From positions 30,258 through 94,257 of the forward strand of contig JALNKA010000001.1 in the NCBI GenBank assembly GCA_023261815.1: a stretch of DNA of 64,000 bases, read 5' to 3'. The number at the start of each line of letters is the position of its first letter. Positions within the stretch are counted from its first letter, which is position 1. Below are positions 48,173 through 56,812 of the stretch, one piece after another. The translations under genes and the position numbers were made by a program. Source of the stretch: Candidatus Wolframiiraptor sinensis (GTDB taxonomy: Archaea; Thermoproteota; Nitrososphaeria_A; Caldarchaeales; Wolframiiraptoraceae). Below the pieces are notes generated by a model. That model had not been told where the DNA came from and did no database searches. It worked only from the letters and a program-made list of their open reading frames with translations.

Positions 48173-49385
48173 CATCTTATGGTATGCGTTTAAGGGCTTG
48201 AAGGATAGAAAGACGAGGAGCATCCTGACGATACTCGGGATCATGATAGGCATAACCGCGATTATAACCCTCATATCTAACACCAGCGGCTTCGACAATT
48301 TTCTCACGGATGCTCTCTCCAGGATCGGAAGCAATAACATCTGGATAATCCCGGTTGAGGGAGCCGTCAAGTTCACGGATACGGATGTGATGATGGTTTC
48401 GAGGCTTCCTGGGGTGAAGGCCGCGGCTCCATTCTACCTCACGAGAGTAATGCTGAAGTCCGGGCCAATAGAGAAGCAGGTAAACTTCCTCGCGACCGAT
48501 CCCAGGATAATCAAGCTCATACTCCCGGATTTGGAGCTTCTCGAGGGCGAGCCCCTCCAGCCTGCCGACGTCGCCGTGGTGTCCCTCGGCTATAAGGTCG
48601 CTCACCCGCCTGAGGACCCTAGCAAGAGCATAAGGCTGTACTCCTCGATCTCCCTCCTCTTCCAGAGCGGTAAATCCGTTAAGGCTCGGAGCTTCATGGT
48701 GGGCGCGATATACAACGAGTTCGGCTCAACTCCATATCTTGACGTTGATAATAGCGTCCTCGCGACGGTCGAGGCCGCGAGAAACATCTTTGGCTCAAAG
48801 TATTATCCCGCGATAGTGCTGGTCGCGAGCTCCCCCGACGCCGTCGAGCCCCTGATATCGATGCTGAAAAGAATCTATGGGGATGACATCCAGGTAATAA
48901 GCCCCCTGACCATAGTCAGGAATGTCAGGGCGATAATCTCGAACTTCTCGATATTCATGCTCATCGTGGCGAGCATATCGCTCATAGTCGCTGGAATAGG
49001 GATAATGAACACGATGATAATGTCGGTCATGGAGCGGACTAGGGAGATCGGGGTACTTAGGGCGCTGGGCTTCACGCAGAAGCACGTCGCGGCAGTCTTC
49101 TTGGCAGAAGCAGCGCTAATAGGCGCTATAGGAGGGATCCTCGGAATAACGCTCGGAGTCTCGGCATCCCTCTTCATGGGAGACGTCTTCGCGAAGATGT
49201 TCCAGGTGAGGGAGGCGAGCACACTAGTTGGCCAAGCCCTCCAGATATCATATACGCCGGTAATTACGCCGGATCTGTTAATAAAGAGCTTCTTCTTCGC
49301 GATCCTCGTCGGAGTATTCTCGGGCCTCTATCCAGCAATAAAGGCCGCTAGAATGGACCCGGTCCAAGCCCTAAGAGCCGAGTAG
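48138..49385 (+). CDS. ABC transporter permease, MacB/FtsX-type
   Basis: N-terminal TM, about 220-aa extracytoplasmic domain, and a C-terminal FtsX 3-TM bundle (...MERTREIGVLRALGF...). RMDPVQALRAE tail. Confidence 0.85.
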   Translation: MLGGRERLRPGDILWYAFKGLKDRKTRSILTILGIMIGITAIITLISNTSGFDNFLTDALSRIGSNNIWIIPVEGAVKFTDTDVMMVSRLPGVKAAAPFYLTRVMLKSGPIEKQVNFLATDPRIIKLILPDLELLEGEPLQPADVAVVSLGYKVAHPPEDPSKSIRLYSSISLLFQSGKSVKARSFMVGAIYNEFGSTPYLDVDNSVLATVEAARNIFGSKYYPAIVLVASSPDAVEPLISMLKRIYGDDIQVISPLTIVRNVRAIISNFSIFMLIVASISLIVAGIGIMNTMIMSVMERTREIGVLRALGFTQKHVAAVFLAEAALIGAIGGILGITLGVSASLFMGDVFAKMFQVREASTLVGQALQISYTPVITPDLLIKSFFFAILVGVFSGLYPAIKAARMDPVQALRAE

Positions 49386-49409
49386 CTCTCCGGAATGAGG
49401 TGATGGAGG

Positions 49410-49661
49410 ATGGCCGCGAGGATAGGGTCTTGGGAGGATGCCGGGAAGCGGGCCCTATTAGAGGCCGAGAAAAGGCTTGGAGCAAAGGTCGAGAAACACT
49501 GGATTAGCTCGATCGCGCTCGAGCCGAGCACGCATGGCGGCTTATGGAGCGTCAACCTCGATTTAAGGGTCAGGGAGGGGCGGAGGAAGAAGCTGGTCAA
49601 GCTCTCGATGAAGCTTAACCCGGAGACTGGTGAGCCCATAGATCTCAGGATCGAGGAGTAG
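49410..49661 (+). CDS. Small hypothetical protein, last gene of the ABC exporter cluster
   Basis: 83-aa ORF with protein-like composition, starting 24 nt after the permease stop. No family recognised. Confidence 0.4.
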   Translation: MAARIGSWEDAGKRALLEAEKRLGAKVEKHWISSIALEPSTHGGLWSVNLDLRVREGRRKKLVKLSMKLNPETGEPIDLRIEE

Positions 49662-49783
49662 GGGGAAGCCGGCTCGGCGAGGGCCATTTTACTTCACCGC
49701 TCCGAACTCGGCAAACTCATCATCGCCGGCAATAACGAGATGGAAAATCCTAGATATGATCCTTACCCTATGGTTATCTGGCC

Positions 49784-50386
49784 ATGGGCGGCGAACCAAC
49801 CTATGATGTTCCGGCTAAGGGCTATGACGAGCTCTACGGCGAGGAGCAGGCCGCGAAATACGCTGCAGCTTTCAGGAGTCTCCAAAGGCTACTTGAGGAA
49901 CCCTGTGTCGTGCTCGATGTCGGCTGCGCAACAGGCCTCCTCGCAGAATTCCTTGAGCATCTCGGCCTCAACCACATCTACATCGGGATAGATCTGGATG
50001 CCGATAGGCTAAGGATCGCGAAGAGCAGGTCTCCCAGCATAATGGTCGTTCAAGCTGATGCCCATGCCCTGCCGGTGAGATCCGGCGCAGCCGACCTGAC
50101 GGCATGCTTCACGGTGATACACCTCTTGAATCTCGAGCGCGCGATAAGGGAGCTCGCAAGGGCCTCCCGCAGCACCATAATCATAACGCTCCTGAGGAAG
50201 AAGCTCGAACTCAAGCCCATGCTGCTGAGGCTTCTCAAAGAAAATCTTCGGGGCTGGAATCTCGAGTCCCCATCGGTAGCCGAGGATGTCAAGGACGAGC
50301 TCTACATCCTCGTAAGGCGTGATGGGGAGCGAGCTCTCAGGGCAGCAGCCTCTCAGGAGTCCTCGGGAACGGAGTCGCCTCCCTGA
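49784..50386 (+). CDS. Class I SAM-dependent methyltransferase
   Basis: Motif I VLDVGCATGLLAEFL, motif II/III ...MVVQADAHALP. The 3' end overlaps convergent aspS by 50 nt. Confidence 0.75.
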   Translation: MGGEPTYDVPAKGYDELYGEEQAAKYAAAFRSLQRLLEEPCVVLDVGCATGLLAEFLEHLGLNHIYIGIDLDADRLRIAKSRSPSIMVVQADAHALPVRSGAADLTACFTVIHLLNLERAIRELARASRSTIIITLLRKKLELKPMLLRLLKENLRGWNLESPSVAEDVKDELYILVRRDGERALRAAASQESSGTESPP

Positions 50387-51641
50387 TATTCTCGAGCCCG
50401 AGGATCACCATGGTCAGCCTCTCAATCCCGATCGCGAAGCCGCCATGGGGAGGCGCGCCATATCTAAAGTGCTCCACGAACCATTTGAAGTCCTCTAAGT
50501 TCAGCCCCTTCTCCCTGATCTGCTGAACTATCCTCTCATAGCGGTGCTCCCTCTGGCCCCCGGAGCTCAACTCGAGGCCGCCGCCTATCAGATCCGTGCT
50601 CCTGGCCCACTCCGTCCCATCCTCCCTCATCACGTAGAAGGGCTTAACCTTGTATGGGAACTTATTGACGAAGAAGAAGTCGTGGTTATGGTTTTCCTTC
50701 ACGTATTCCGCGAGAAGCTTCTCCGCCTCCCGGTCAAGGTCCTCGCCCCATGGAACCTTCTTGCCCAGATCCTCGAGGATCTCGTAGACCTTGGGAAACT
50801 CGAGGACCGGGAAAGGCCTTCTCGGAGCCTCCAGCTCAACCCCGAGTAATCTGAGCTCGCTCTCGCACATTTCAATTACCTCCCTTATCCCGGCGGCCAC
50901 GAGCTCCTCCTCAACCCTCATCACATCCCTCTCATCCTCTATGAATGATAGCTCGACAGCACATGACCGATACTCGCAAAGGTGCCTCGGCGTGTGGCTC
51001 GGCTCAGCCCTCCAGCTTGGCCCGAGATCATAGATCTTATCGAGGCCGGCAACCATGAGGAGCTGCCTGTGAAGCTGCGGATCCTGCCTGAGATATGCCC
51101 TCCTCCCGAAGTAGTCCACCTCGAAGAGCTCAGCGCCGCCCTCGGAGCCGGCTCCGATCAAGCACGGCGTGAAGACTTGGATGAAGCCGCTGGAATCCAG
51201 ATACTTCTGCATCCCCCTAACTAGAGCCGCCTGGATCTTGAGAACCGCCATGTTCTTGGGATCCCTGAGATCTATCGGTCTCCAATCTAAGCGCGTGGCC
51301 AAGCCGGACTTCACGAGTCCGCTAACATCCAGGGGTAGCGGAGACTCGGATTTGCTGAGAATAGTTATTCTCGTCGGCTTGATCTCGACGCCCACCTTGG
51401 CGATGGGCTTCTCGAGAACAGTCCCGCTGATGGCCACGAAATCATGTATCCCGAGGCTCGACGCCACGTCATAGACATCCCCTTGGCCTCTTTCCACAGT
51501 TATCTGGCATATTCCGCTCCTATCTCTCAGCCAGATGAACCTGAATCTGCCTACATCCTTTACCCTATCAACCCAGCCGGCTATCCTGACCTCTCCGCTC
51601 ATGCCGGGCTTAAGATCGCCGATGTAATGGCTTCTCAGCAT
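50337..51641 (-). CDS. aspS: Aspartyl-tRNA synthetase, archaeal type
   Basis: OB-fold N-terminus (IAGWVDRVKDVGRFRFIWLRDRSG). Class II motifs: YLRQDPQLHRQ, WRAEPSHTPRHLCEY, GGLELSSGGQREH, GFAIGIERL. GGAGG precedes ATG 51641; the track start at 51695 adds 18 non-family residues. Confidence 0.9.
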   Translation of the reverse strand: MLRSHYIGDLKPGMSGEVRIAGWVDRVKDVGRFRFIWLRDRSGICQITVERGQGDVYDVASSLGIHDFVAISGTVLEKPIAKVGVEIKPTRITILSKSESPLPLDVSGLVKSGLATRLDWRPIDLRDPKNMAVLKIQAALVRGMQKYLDSSGFIQVFTPCLIGAGSEGGAELFEVDYFGRRAYLRQDPQLHRQLLMVAGLDKIYDLGPSWRAEPSHTPRHLCEYRSCAVELSFIEDERDVMRVEEELVAAGIREVIEMCESELRLLGVELEAPRRPFPVLEFPKVYEILEDLGKKVPWGEDLDREAEKLLAEYVKENHNHDFFFVNKFPYKVKPFYVMREDGTEWARSTDLIGGGLELSSGGQREHRYERIVQQIREKGLNLEDFKWFVEHFRYGAPPHGGFAIGIERLTMVILGLENIREATPFPRTPERLLP

Positions 51642-51707
51642 ACCTGCTCCTCCATGAGAATCCGTTAGATCCCTCCTAAAAAGGACTGAATCCATACTAG
51701 GTGGAGC

Positions 51708-52274
51708 TCACCCTCTAGTCACAGCTCCCCTCGGAGCCCTCTCCTCTTTCTGAGGCCTCCACAAGCGCCTTCTCTCGAAATCTATCATCAACCTCATCCC
51801 CTTAACCTCCTCTAACAACTTCTTCAAGGACTCCTCGCCGACCTTTAGATTCCTCTCGTGGTCGAAGATCACCCTGGTCTCCTCGGAGCCATCGGGCAGC
51901 CAGATCTTGTTGACAGCGACTATCCTAGCCGGGGCTGCGACGCCCTCCAGAAACTTCAGCGGATCGGGGTGGTCCTCGATCAGCCTAATGTGCTTCCCGA
52001 GCTCATCGCCGAGAATCTTCCGGAGCTGAGCAACCTCCCTTATCTCGAATTTCCCCAGATCACCATTTCGGAAGATTATGAAGATCGTGTCTCCGCCATC
52101 AACGGACTTAACATAACCGGTTTTCTGGAGCTTAGTTATCCTCTTCTCAAGCTCGAGAAGAATCTTCATCACCCTGACGTCGAGATCCGTGTAGAGCCCC
52201 TTCTTCAGCTTCTCCGAGCATCGGGGGCAGAACATGCCAGTCCTAAGATCGAAGGAGCATAATGGAAGCTCCAC
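51708..52274 (-). CDS. Zn-ribbon plus NusA-like KH-type domain protein (putative RNA-binding; function uncertain)
   Basis: N-terminal CSFDLRTGMFCPRC ribbon. C-terminal segment APARIVAVNKIWLPDGSEETRVIFDHERNLKVG resembles NusA-type KH domains but lacks a clear GxxG. Confidence 0.4.
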   Translation of the reverse strand: MELPLCSFDLRTGMFCPRCSEKLKKGLYTDLDVRVMKILLELEKRITKLQKTGYVKSVDGGDTIFIIFRNGDLGKFEIREVAQLRKILGDELGKHIRLIEDHPDPLKFLEGVAAPARIVAVNKIWLPDGSEETRVIFDHERNLKVGEESLKKLLEEVKGMRLMIDFERRRLWRPQKEERAPRGAVTRG

Positions 52275-52358
52275 CTACCCACCTCTCCCTCTACCAGCTA
52301 AGCCCACGGAGAAATTTAATCCTAATGGGGAAGAGGAAGAAAATTTGTGGAGGGGGTT

Positions 52359-52643
52359 TCAGGACTCCCGCTTTAGCAGTATCTCGATCGTGCTGATGCT
52401 TATGGGCTGATTGTTGGGGCCCATGACCTCCTGCGTTCCCAGCTTTATGTCGGCGACCTTCAAGTCCTTGTAAAATCTCCTCTGAAGAATTTGAACGACG
52501 TCAACGGCTCTGCTGATGGCCCTGCCCCTAGCCTTGACCATCAGCTGCTTGGCTCCTCCTTGGAAAGTCGTCAGGCAGGCGAAGACATAGTTCATCAGTG
52601 GTTTCTTGCCGATTAAAACGGTTGGAATCTCGCTCTGGGACAT
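52359..52643 (-). CDS. albA: Alba chromatin/RNA-binding protein
   Basis: VLIGKKPLMNYVFACLTTFQGGAKQLMVKARGRAISRAVDVVQIL. Confidence 0.9.
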   Translation of the reverse strand: MSQSEIPTVLIGKKPLMNYVFACLTTFQGGAKQLMVKARGRAISRAVDVVQILQRRFYKDLKVADIKLGTQEVMGPNNQPISISTIEILLKRES

Positions 52644-52787
52644 TTCTTCATCCCCCGTGAGCTATGCTTTTTAATGATCGCCCTCCACATAAATCTATTT
52701 CCAGCGCCGGATGGCGCAACCAAGGCCCCAGCAGCAATGATCAAGAGATAATGGCTAAATTATTCCGCTTTTAAGGAACTTTTCGAG

Positions 52788-52949
52788 ATGCCGATAAGGG
52801 ATGTTGCGCTCCTCCAGCTGGCTCAGAGGCGCAGGCTCTACTACAAGATCTGCATGAAATGCGGGGCAAGAAACGCGCCCACGGCGGAGAAGTGCAGAAG
52901 ATGCAGAAGCTATGACCTGAGATGGAAGCGGAGAGAAATAAAGAGGTAA
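52788..52949 (+). CDS. rpl40e: Ribosomal protein eL40
   Basis: 53 aa, below the ORF-track cutoff. Manual translation: MPIRDVALLQLAQRRRLYYKICMKCGARNAPTAEKCRRCRSYDLRWKRREIKR, with the CxxC...CxxC ribbon typical of L40e. Confidence 0.8.
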   Translation: MPIRDVALLQLAQRRRLYYKICMKCGARNAPTAEKCRRCRSYDLRWKRREIKR

Positions 52950-52999
52950 GGCTGCCGAAACAGATTTATCTAAAACCTCGAATTATGTTAAGGTGCTGC

Positions 53000-53072
53000 G
53001 GGCCGGTAGTCTAGAGGCTATGACGCCGCCCTGACGCGGCGGAGGTCGTGGGTTCGAATCCCACCCGGCCCA
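53000..53072 (+). tRNA. tRNA-Val (anticodon GAC)
   Basis: Manual cloverleaf: acceptor GGGCCGG/CCGGCCC, D arm GUCU..UGAC, anticodon stem CCGCC/GGCGG with loop CUGACGC, T arm GUGGG-UUCGAAU-CCCAC, discriminator A. No encoded CCA, no intron. Confidence 0.9.
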
Positions 53073-53146
53073 CACTCTCCGGCTTTCCCCGAGCGTTAAA
53101 GCCCGCTTATACGCTTGACATAATCTTTTCAAATTCCTTCTAGCGC

Positions 53147-53341
53147 TTGTTGCTACTGGGGGAATTGGCTCGGAAGAAGGTTTTGAGGTGTCCGGCGTGC
53201 GGCTTTGAATTTGAAGTCAGCTATGCCAGGGCCTTCGCCTGCGGCGGATGTCCTTCATCAATCTCATGCGATTACGTCAGGTGCCCGAGGTGCGGCGAGG
53301 AATTTCCGGAGGCATCAGCTTTAGCGCATCAACTCTACTGA
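53147..53341 (+). CDS. Small Cys-rich zinc-ribbon protein (hypothetical)
   Basis: 64 aa with CPACG...CGGC...C...CPRCG. Start uncertain. Confidence 0.4.
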   Translation: MLLLGELARKKVLRCPACGFEFEVSYARAFACGGCPSSISCDYVRCPRCGEEFPEASALAHQLY

Positions 53342-53384
53342 GGGTAAAATTTATCTGCGGAGGCGGGCTTCTGCATGAAGCACT

Positions 53385-54698
53385 ATGAGGTATATCGAGG
53401 CGACTCCATTTTCTAGGGCCAGGTTCGAGGAGGCGCGAAAACATCTCCCGGGAGGGGTATCATACTCGATAAGGCACTTCGAGCCGTATCCGATCTACGT
53501 GTCGGCCGCGCGCGATCGCAGGATTTGGGACCTCGATGGAAACGAGTACACGGATTACTGGATGGGTCATGGAGCCCTGCTGATGGGACATGGTTATCGG
53601 CCGGTGATCGAGGCGGCGATGAGCCAGCTTCGGGAATACGCTCACGTGGGGCTTCCTCATGAGTGGGAGGTTAAGTTGGCGAGGCAGGTCTCGAGGATGG
53701 TGGAGAGCGTGGAGATGATCAGGTTCACGAATAGCGGGACCGAGGCGGCGATGTACGTGTGCAGGCTGGCGAGAGCTTACACGGGGAAGAAGGCGATCGC
53801 GAAGTTCGAGGGAGGTTGGCACGGCGGATACGATTGTCTCCACATCGGGGTTCAACCGCCATACGAGGCTCCTGGAAGCCTTGGGATCCTAGAGGATTCG
53901 CTCAAGCACACGATACTACTGCCATTTAATGATCTCGAGGGTGTTGAGAGGCGAGTGAAAGGGCTCGAGCTCGCCGCGATAATAATCGAGCCCGTTCTAG
54001 GTGCTGGTGGAGCGATACCGGCTGACCCCGACTTCCTGAAGGGACTGCGGGAGATCTGCGACTCGCTCGGAGCGCTGCTGATATTCGATGAGGTGATCAC
54101 AGGGTTCAGATTATCGCCTGGCGGCGCGCAGAAGATCTACGGCGTCAAGCCTGATCTAACGATCTTCGGAAAGATTCTCGGCGGTGGAATCTTCCCGTCG
54201 GGCGGCTTCGGCGGAAGAGCGGATATAATGGAGCTCCTAGATCAGGTGAAGCATCCGAGGCCGCATGAGCGGGCATTTCAGGGCGGGACATATGCCGCGA
54301 ACCCGCTAACCACGAGAGCGGGCTACACGCTCCTCAGAGAGCTCGAGGCGAAACCGGAGATCTATCAGGAGCTCAATACGCTTGGAGAGCATGCCAGGAA
54401 TGAATTAGAGAACGTCTTCTCCAGATATGGACTTGAGGCCCATGTTACAGGGATCGGCTCGATGATTGGGCTGCATTTCACCCGCGAGAAGCCCAGAAGC
54501 GCGGCGATGGCCCAGCGGGAAAAGAGGCTGGAGTTGGCCAAAGCGTTCTTCATCCACGCGCTGGAGAGCGGGATAATCTACCTGACGCCCGAGAGCCCAC
54601 TCCTCTTCATCTCCGCGGCGCACACCCGGGAGGACCTGGATAGGCTGATAGAGGTCGCGGAGTATTTCGCCAAGAAAAAGGGCTACTCCCTGAAGTAG
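53385..54698 (+). CDS. hemL: Glutamate-1-semialdehyde 2,1-aminomutase-family (HemL-like) class III PLP aminotransferase
   Basis: LPGGVS, DLDGNEYTDYWMGHGALLMGH, FDEVITGFR, PLP-lysine context IFGKILGGG. Diverges from canonical GVNSPVRAF, so it may be a paralog. Confidence 0.7.
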   Translation: MRYIEATPFSRARFEEARKHLPGGVSYSIRHFEPYPIYVSAARDRRIWDLDGNEYTDYWMGHGALLMGHGYRPVIEAAMSQLREYAHVGLPHEWEVKLARQVSRMVESVEMIRFTNSGTEAAMYVCRLARAYTGKKAIAKFEGGWHGGYDCLHIGVQPPYEAPGSLGILEDSLKHTILLPFNDLEGVERRVKGLELAAIIIEPVLGAGGAIPADPDFLKGLREICDSLGALLIFDEVITGFRLSPGGAQKIYGVKPDLTIFGKILGGGIFPSGGFGGRADIMELLDQVKHPRPHERAFQGGTYAANPLTTRAGYTLLRELEAKPEIYQELNTLGEHARNELENVFSRYGLEAHVTGIGSMIGLHFTREKPRSAAMAQREKRLELAKAFFIHALESGIIYLTPESPLLFISAAHTREDLDRLIEVAEYFAKKKGYSLK

Positions 54699-56812
54699 GG
54701 CTGGAGGAATGCTCTGGGAGCTCTGGCCTTCTTGCCTAGGGCCGCTGATATCGCGACCGTGAGCAGATATGGTATTGACTGGAAGAACTGGTATGGTAGC
54801 TGGACTATTGTGACGAGCCAAGCTTGAAGAGCGTTCAGGAACCCGAAGAAGATGCATGCTAGCCATATCCATGCCGGGTTCCAGTTTCCGAGGACCACGA
54901 GAGCCATGGCTATCCAGCTCCACTCTCCGCCGACGTTCAGGTTGAATGATCTCAGGTCTATGAGCGAGTAAAATGCCCCGCCGACCGCCATGAGTGCGGA
55001 GCCGGCGAGTACCGCGTAATACCTCACGGCGTGAACCCTGATTAGGGACGAGTCCGCGGCCCTCGGGTTCTCGCCGACAGCCCTCAGCACGAGCCCCCAC
55101 CTAGTCCTCGCGAGAATGAACATTAGAATGAGAGGCAGGAGGTATGCGCCTGCATAAACGTATGGGCTTTGGCTGAATGCTGATCCTATGATGGGCAGAT
55201 CTCCGAGGGGCCCGAGCTTGAGTGTCGGCGTCGCCGGGACTGTCGGCTCGACGAGGGGAGATCCGATCAACACGCGGTGGGCGAAGTATGTCAGGTTCAT
55301 GGCGTAGAATGTTATGGCTATTCCGGAGATGTGCTGCTGGCACCCGAGGCTCACGACGAGGAGCGCGTGGAGAAGGCCGAGAAGCATCCCGACCGCGGCG
55401 GCCGCGAGAACACCGAGCAGTAAATTGCCCGAGAAGTATGCTGCCATGAAGCCCCATCCAGCGCCCGCGATCATTATCCCGAGTATTCCCAAGTTCAGGA
55501 CTCCAGTTTTTTCAATAAGCATCTCGCCGAGCGATGCGAAGATTATGGGCGTCGCCGAGACGAGCGTTAACCCAACGATGCTCGAGATCATATTCTCCAA
55601 GTAGCTCCCCCTCGTGATCGCGCCGAAGATCGCGAGTGCCGCGAGCGCAATGATCGCATACAGCATGACTCCCAGCATTCTCCGGTTAAACATCATCCGG
55701 GGGAAGGGGCGGTTGCCTCCGGAATCCTTCACGCCGGCCGGCGGCCTCTCAAGCCTGGCAGGCCTCCTGAGCCTAACTCGGATCCTATATGTGCCGAGAG
55801 CTCCCAGTATCAGGAAGAATATGAGCGTCTGCGCCTGTATTATGTCCGAGAGGAATGAGGGGACGCCGGTGCTCCAGCTCATTGCGTTCGTGCCATTTAT
55901 CAGTATGCTGAAGAATATTCCGGCGATAGCCGCTCCAACCGGATCGAGGCCGCCGAGCATCGCTATCGCCAGGGCTATGAGGCCATAGTTAGGGCCCACG
56001 AATGGAGTCATGTAGTAAAGTATTCCTGTTACCTCACATGCTCCGGCGAGCCCCGCAAGGCCGCCGCTGATGAAGGCCACCCAGAAGTAGATCTTCGGTA
56101 AGCTGAATCCCTCGAGCTCCGCAACCCTCGGCGAGGTCGCGGCTATGATCCAGTTCCTGAAAATAGTCCTGTTCATCAGTAGCCAGAGGAGAGCGAGGAG
56201 CATGAATGGCATCAGCACGCCGAGATGAAGCCTCGTGCCCGGGAGGAGTATCGGGAGCTTTGCATTGGCGCCTATCTCGGCCGACTGCGGATACGTGGTG
56301 TAGGGAGCCCTCATGGGGCCCGTGAGAAGCCCCGCGCATATCTGTAGGATCGCGCTCCAGATCAGGAGCGTCGTCAAGACCTCATCTTGGTTGCGGCGAA
56401 CTTTCAGCCACCAGCTAACGAGACACACAGCCGCGCCGCCAAGCCAGCTTAGCGCGAAGATCAGCGGTACCAAGAGCTGGGGCATCAAGTGCTTCAGCTG
56501 GACGCCGAGGTAGGCCGCTATCAGGCCCCCGACGATGAACTGGCCATGCGCTCCTAGATTCCAGAACCTGGCCCTAAACGCCACGAGGATCGAGAATGCT
56601 AGAAGTATCAGCGGCGACGCGGTGACGAGTATCTCGGCTGGGTTCTCGAAAGGCCACGTGAGGAGGTAGTAGTATACTGCTCCGAGATCTCCGCCAGCCA
56701 CCACGACGTATATCGCCGAGGTTAGAAGCGAGAGGGCGATGGCTAAGATTGGAAGGCTCAGCCTCTTGATCGGAGATGGGGCTTCCCTCTTCTCGAGGCT
56801 AAGCTCTAGCAA
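54683..56812 (-). CDS. Fused double permease of a BMP-family (nucleoside/sugar-type, YufP+YufQ-like) ABC importer
   Basis: 709 aa, about 18 TM segments in two homologous halves joined by a basic linker (RVRLRRPARLERPPAGVKDSGGNRP). Confidence 0.8.
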   Translation of the reverse strand: MLELSLEKREAPSPIKRLSLPILAIALSLLTSAIYVVVAGGDLGAVYYYLLTWPFENPAEILVTASPLILLAFSILVAFRARFWNLGAHGQFIVGGLIAAYLGVQLKHLMPQLLVPLIFALSWLGGAAVCLVSWWLKVRRNQDEVLTTLLIWSAILQICAGLLTGPMRAPYTTYPQSAEIGANAKLPILLPGTRLHLGVLMPFMLLALLWLLMNRTIFRNWIIAATSPRVAELEGFSLPKIYFWVAFISGGLAGLAGACEVTGILYYMTPFVGPNYGLIALAIAMLGGLDPVGAAIAGIFFSILINGTNAMSWSTGVPSFLSDIIQAQTLIFFLILGALGTYRIRVRLRRPARLERPPAGVKDSGGNRPFPRMMFNRRMLGVMLYAIIALAALAIFGAITRGSYLENMISSIVGLTLVSATPIIFASLGEMLIEKTGVLNLGILGIMIAGAGWGFMAAYFSGNLLLGVLAAAAVGMLLGLLHALLVVSLGCQQHISGIAITFYAMNLTYFAHRVLIGSPLVEPTVPATPTLKLGPLGDLPIIGSAFSQSPYVYAGAYLLPLILMFILARTRWGLVLRAVGENPRAADSSLIRVHAVRYYAVLAGSALMAVGGAFYSLIDLRSFNLNVGGEWSWIAMALVVLGNWNPAWIWLACIFFGFLNALQAWLVTIVQLPYQFFQSIPYLLTVAISAALGKKARAPRAFLQPYFRE

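Noticed and set aside
50337-50386. 50-nt convergent overlap between the methyltransferase and aspS 3' ends, considered as a possible antisense regulatory arrangement.
   Set aside because: The methyltransferase tail after ...ILVRRDG (ERALRAAASQESSGTESPP) looks like non-conserved read-through to the next stop. Tail-to-tail overlaps are common in compact archaeal genomes.
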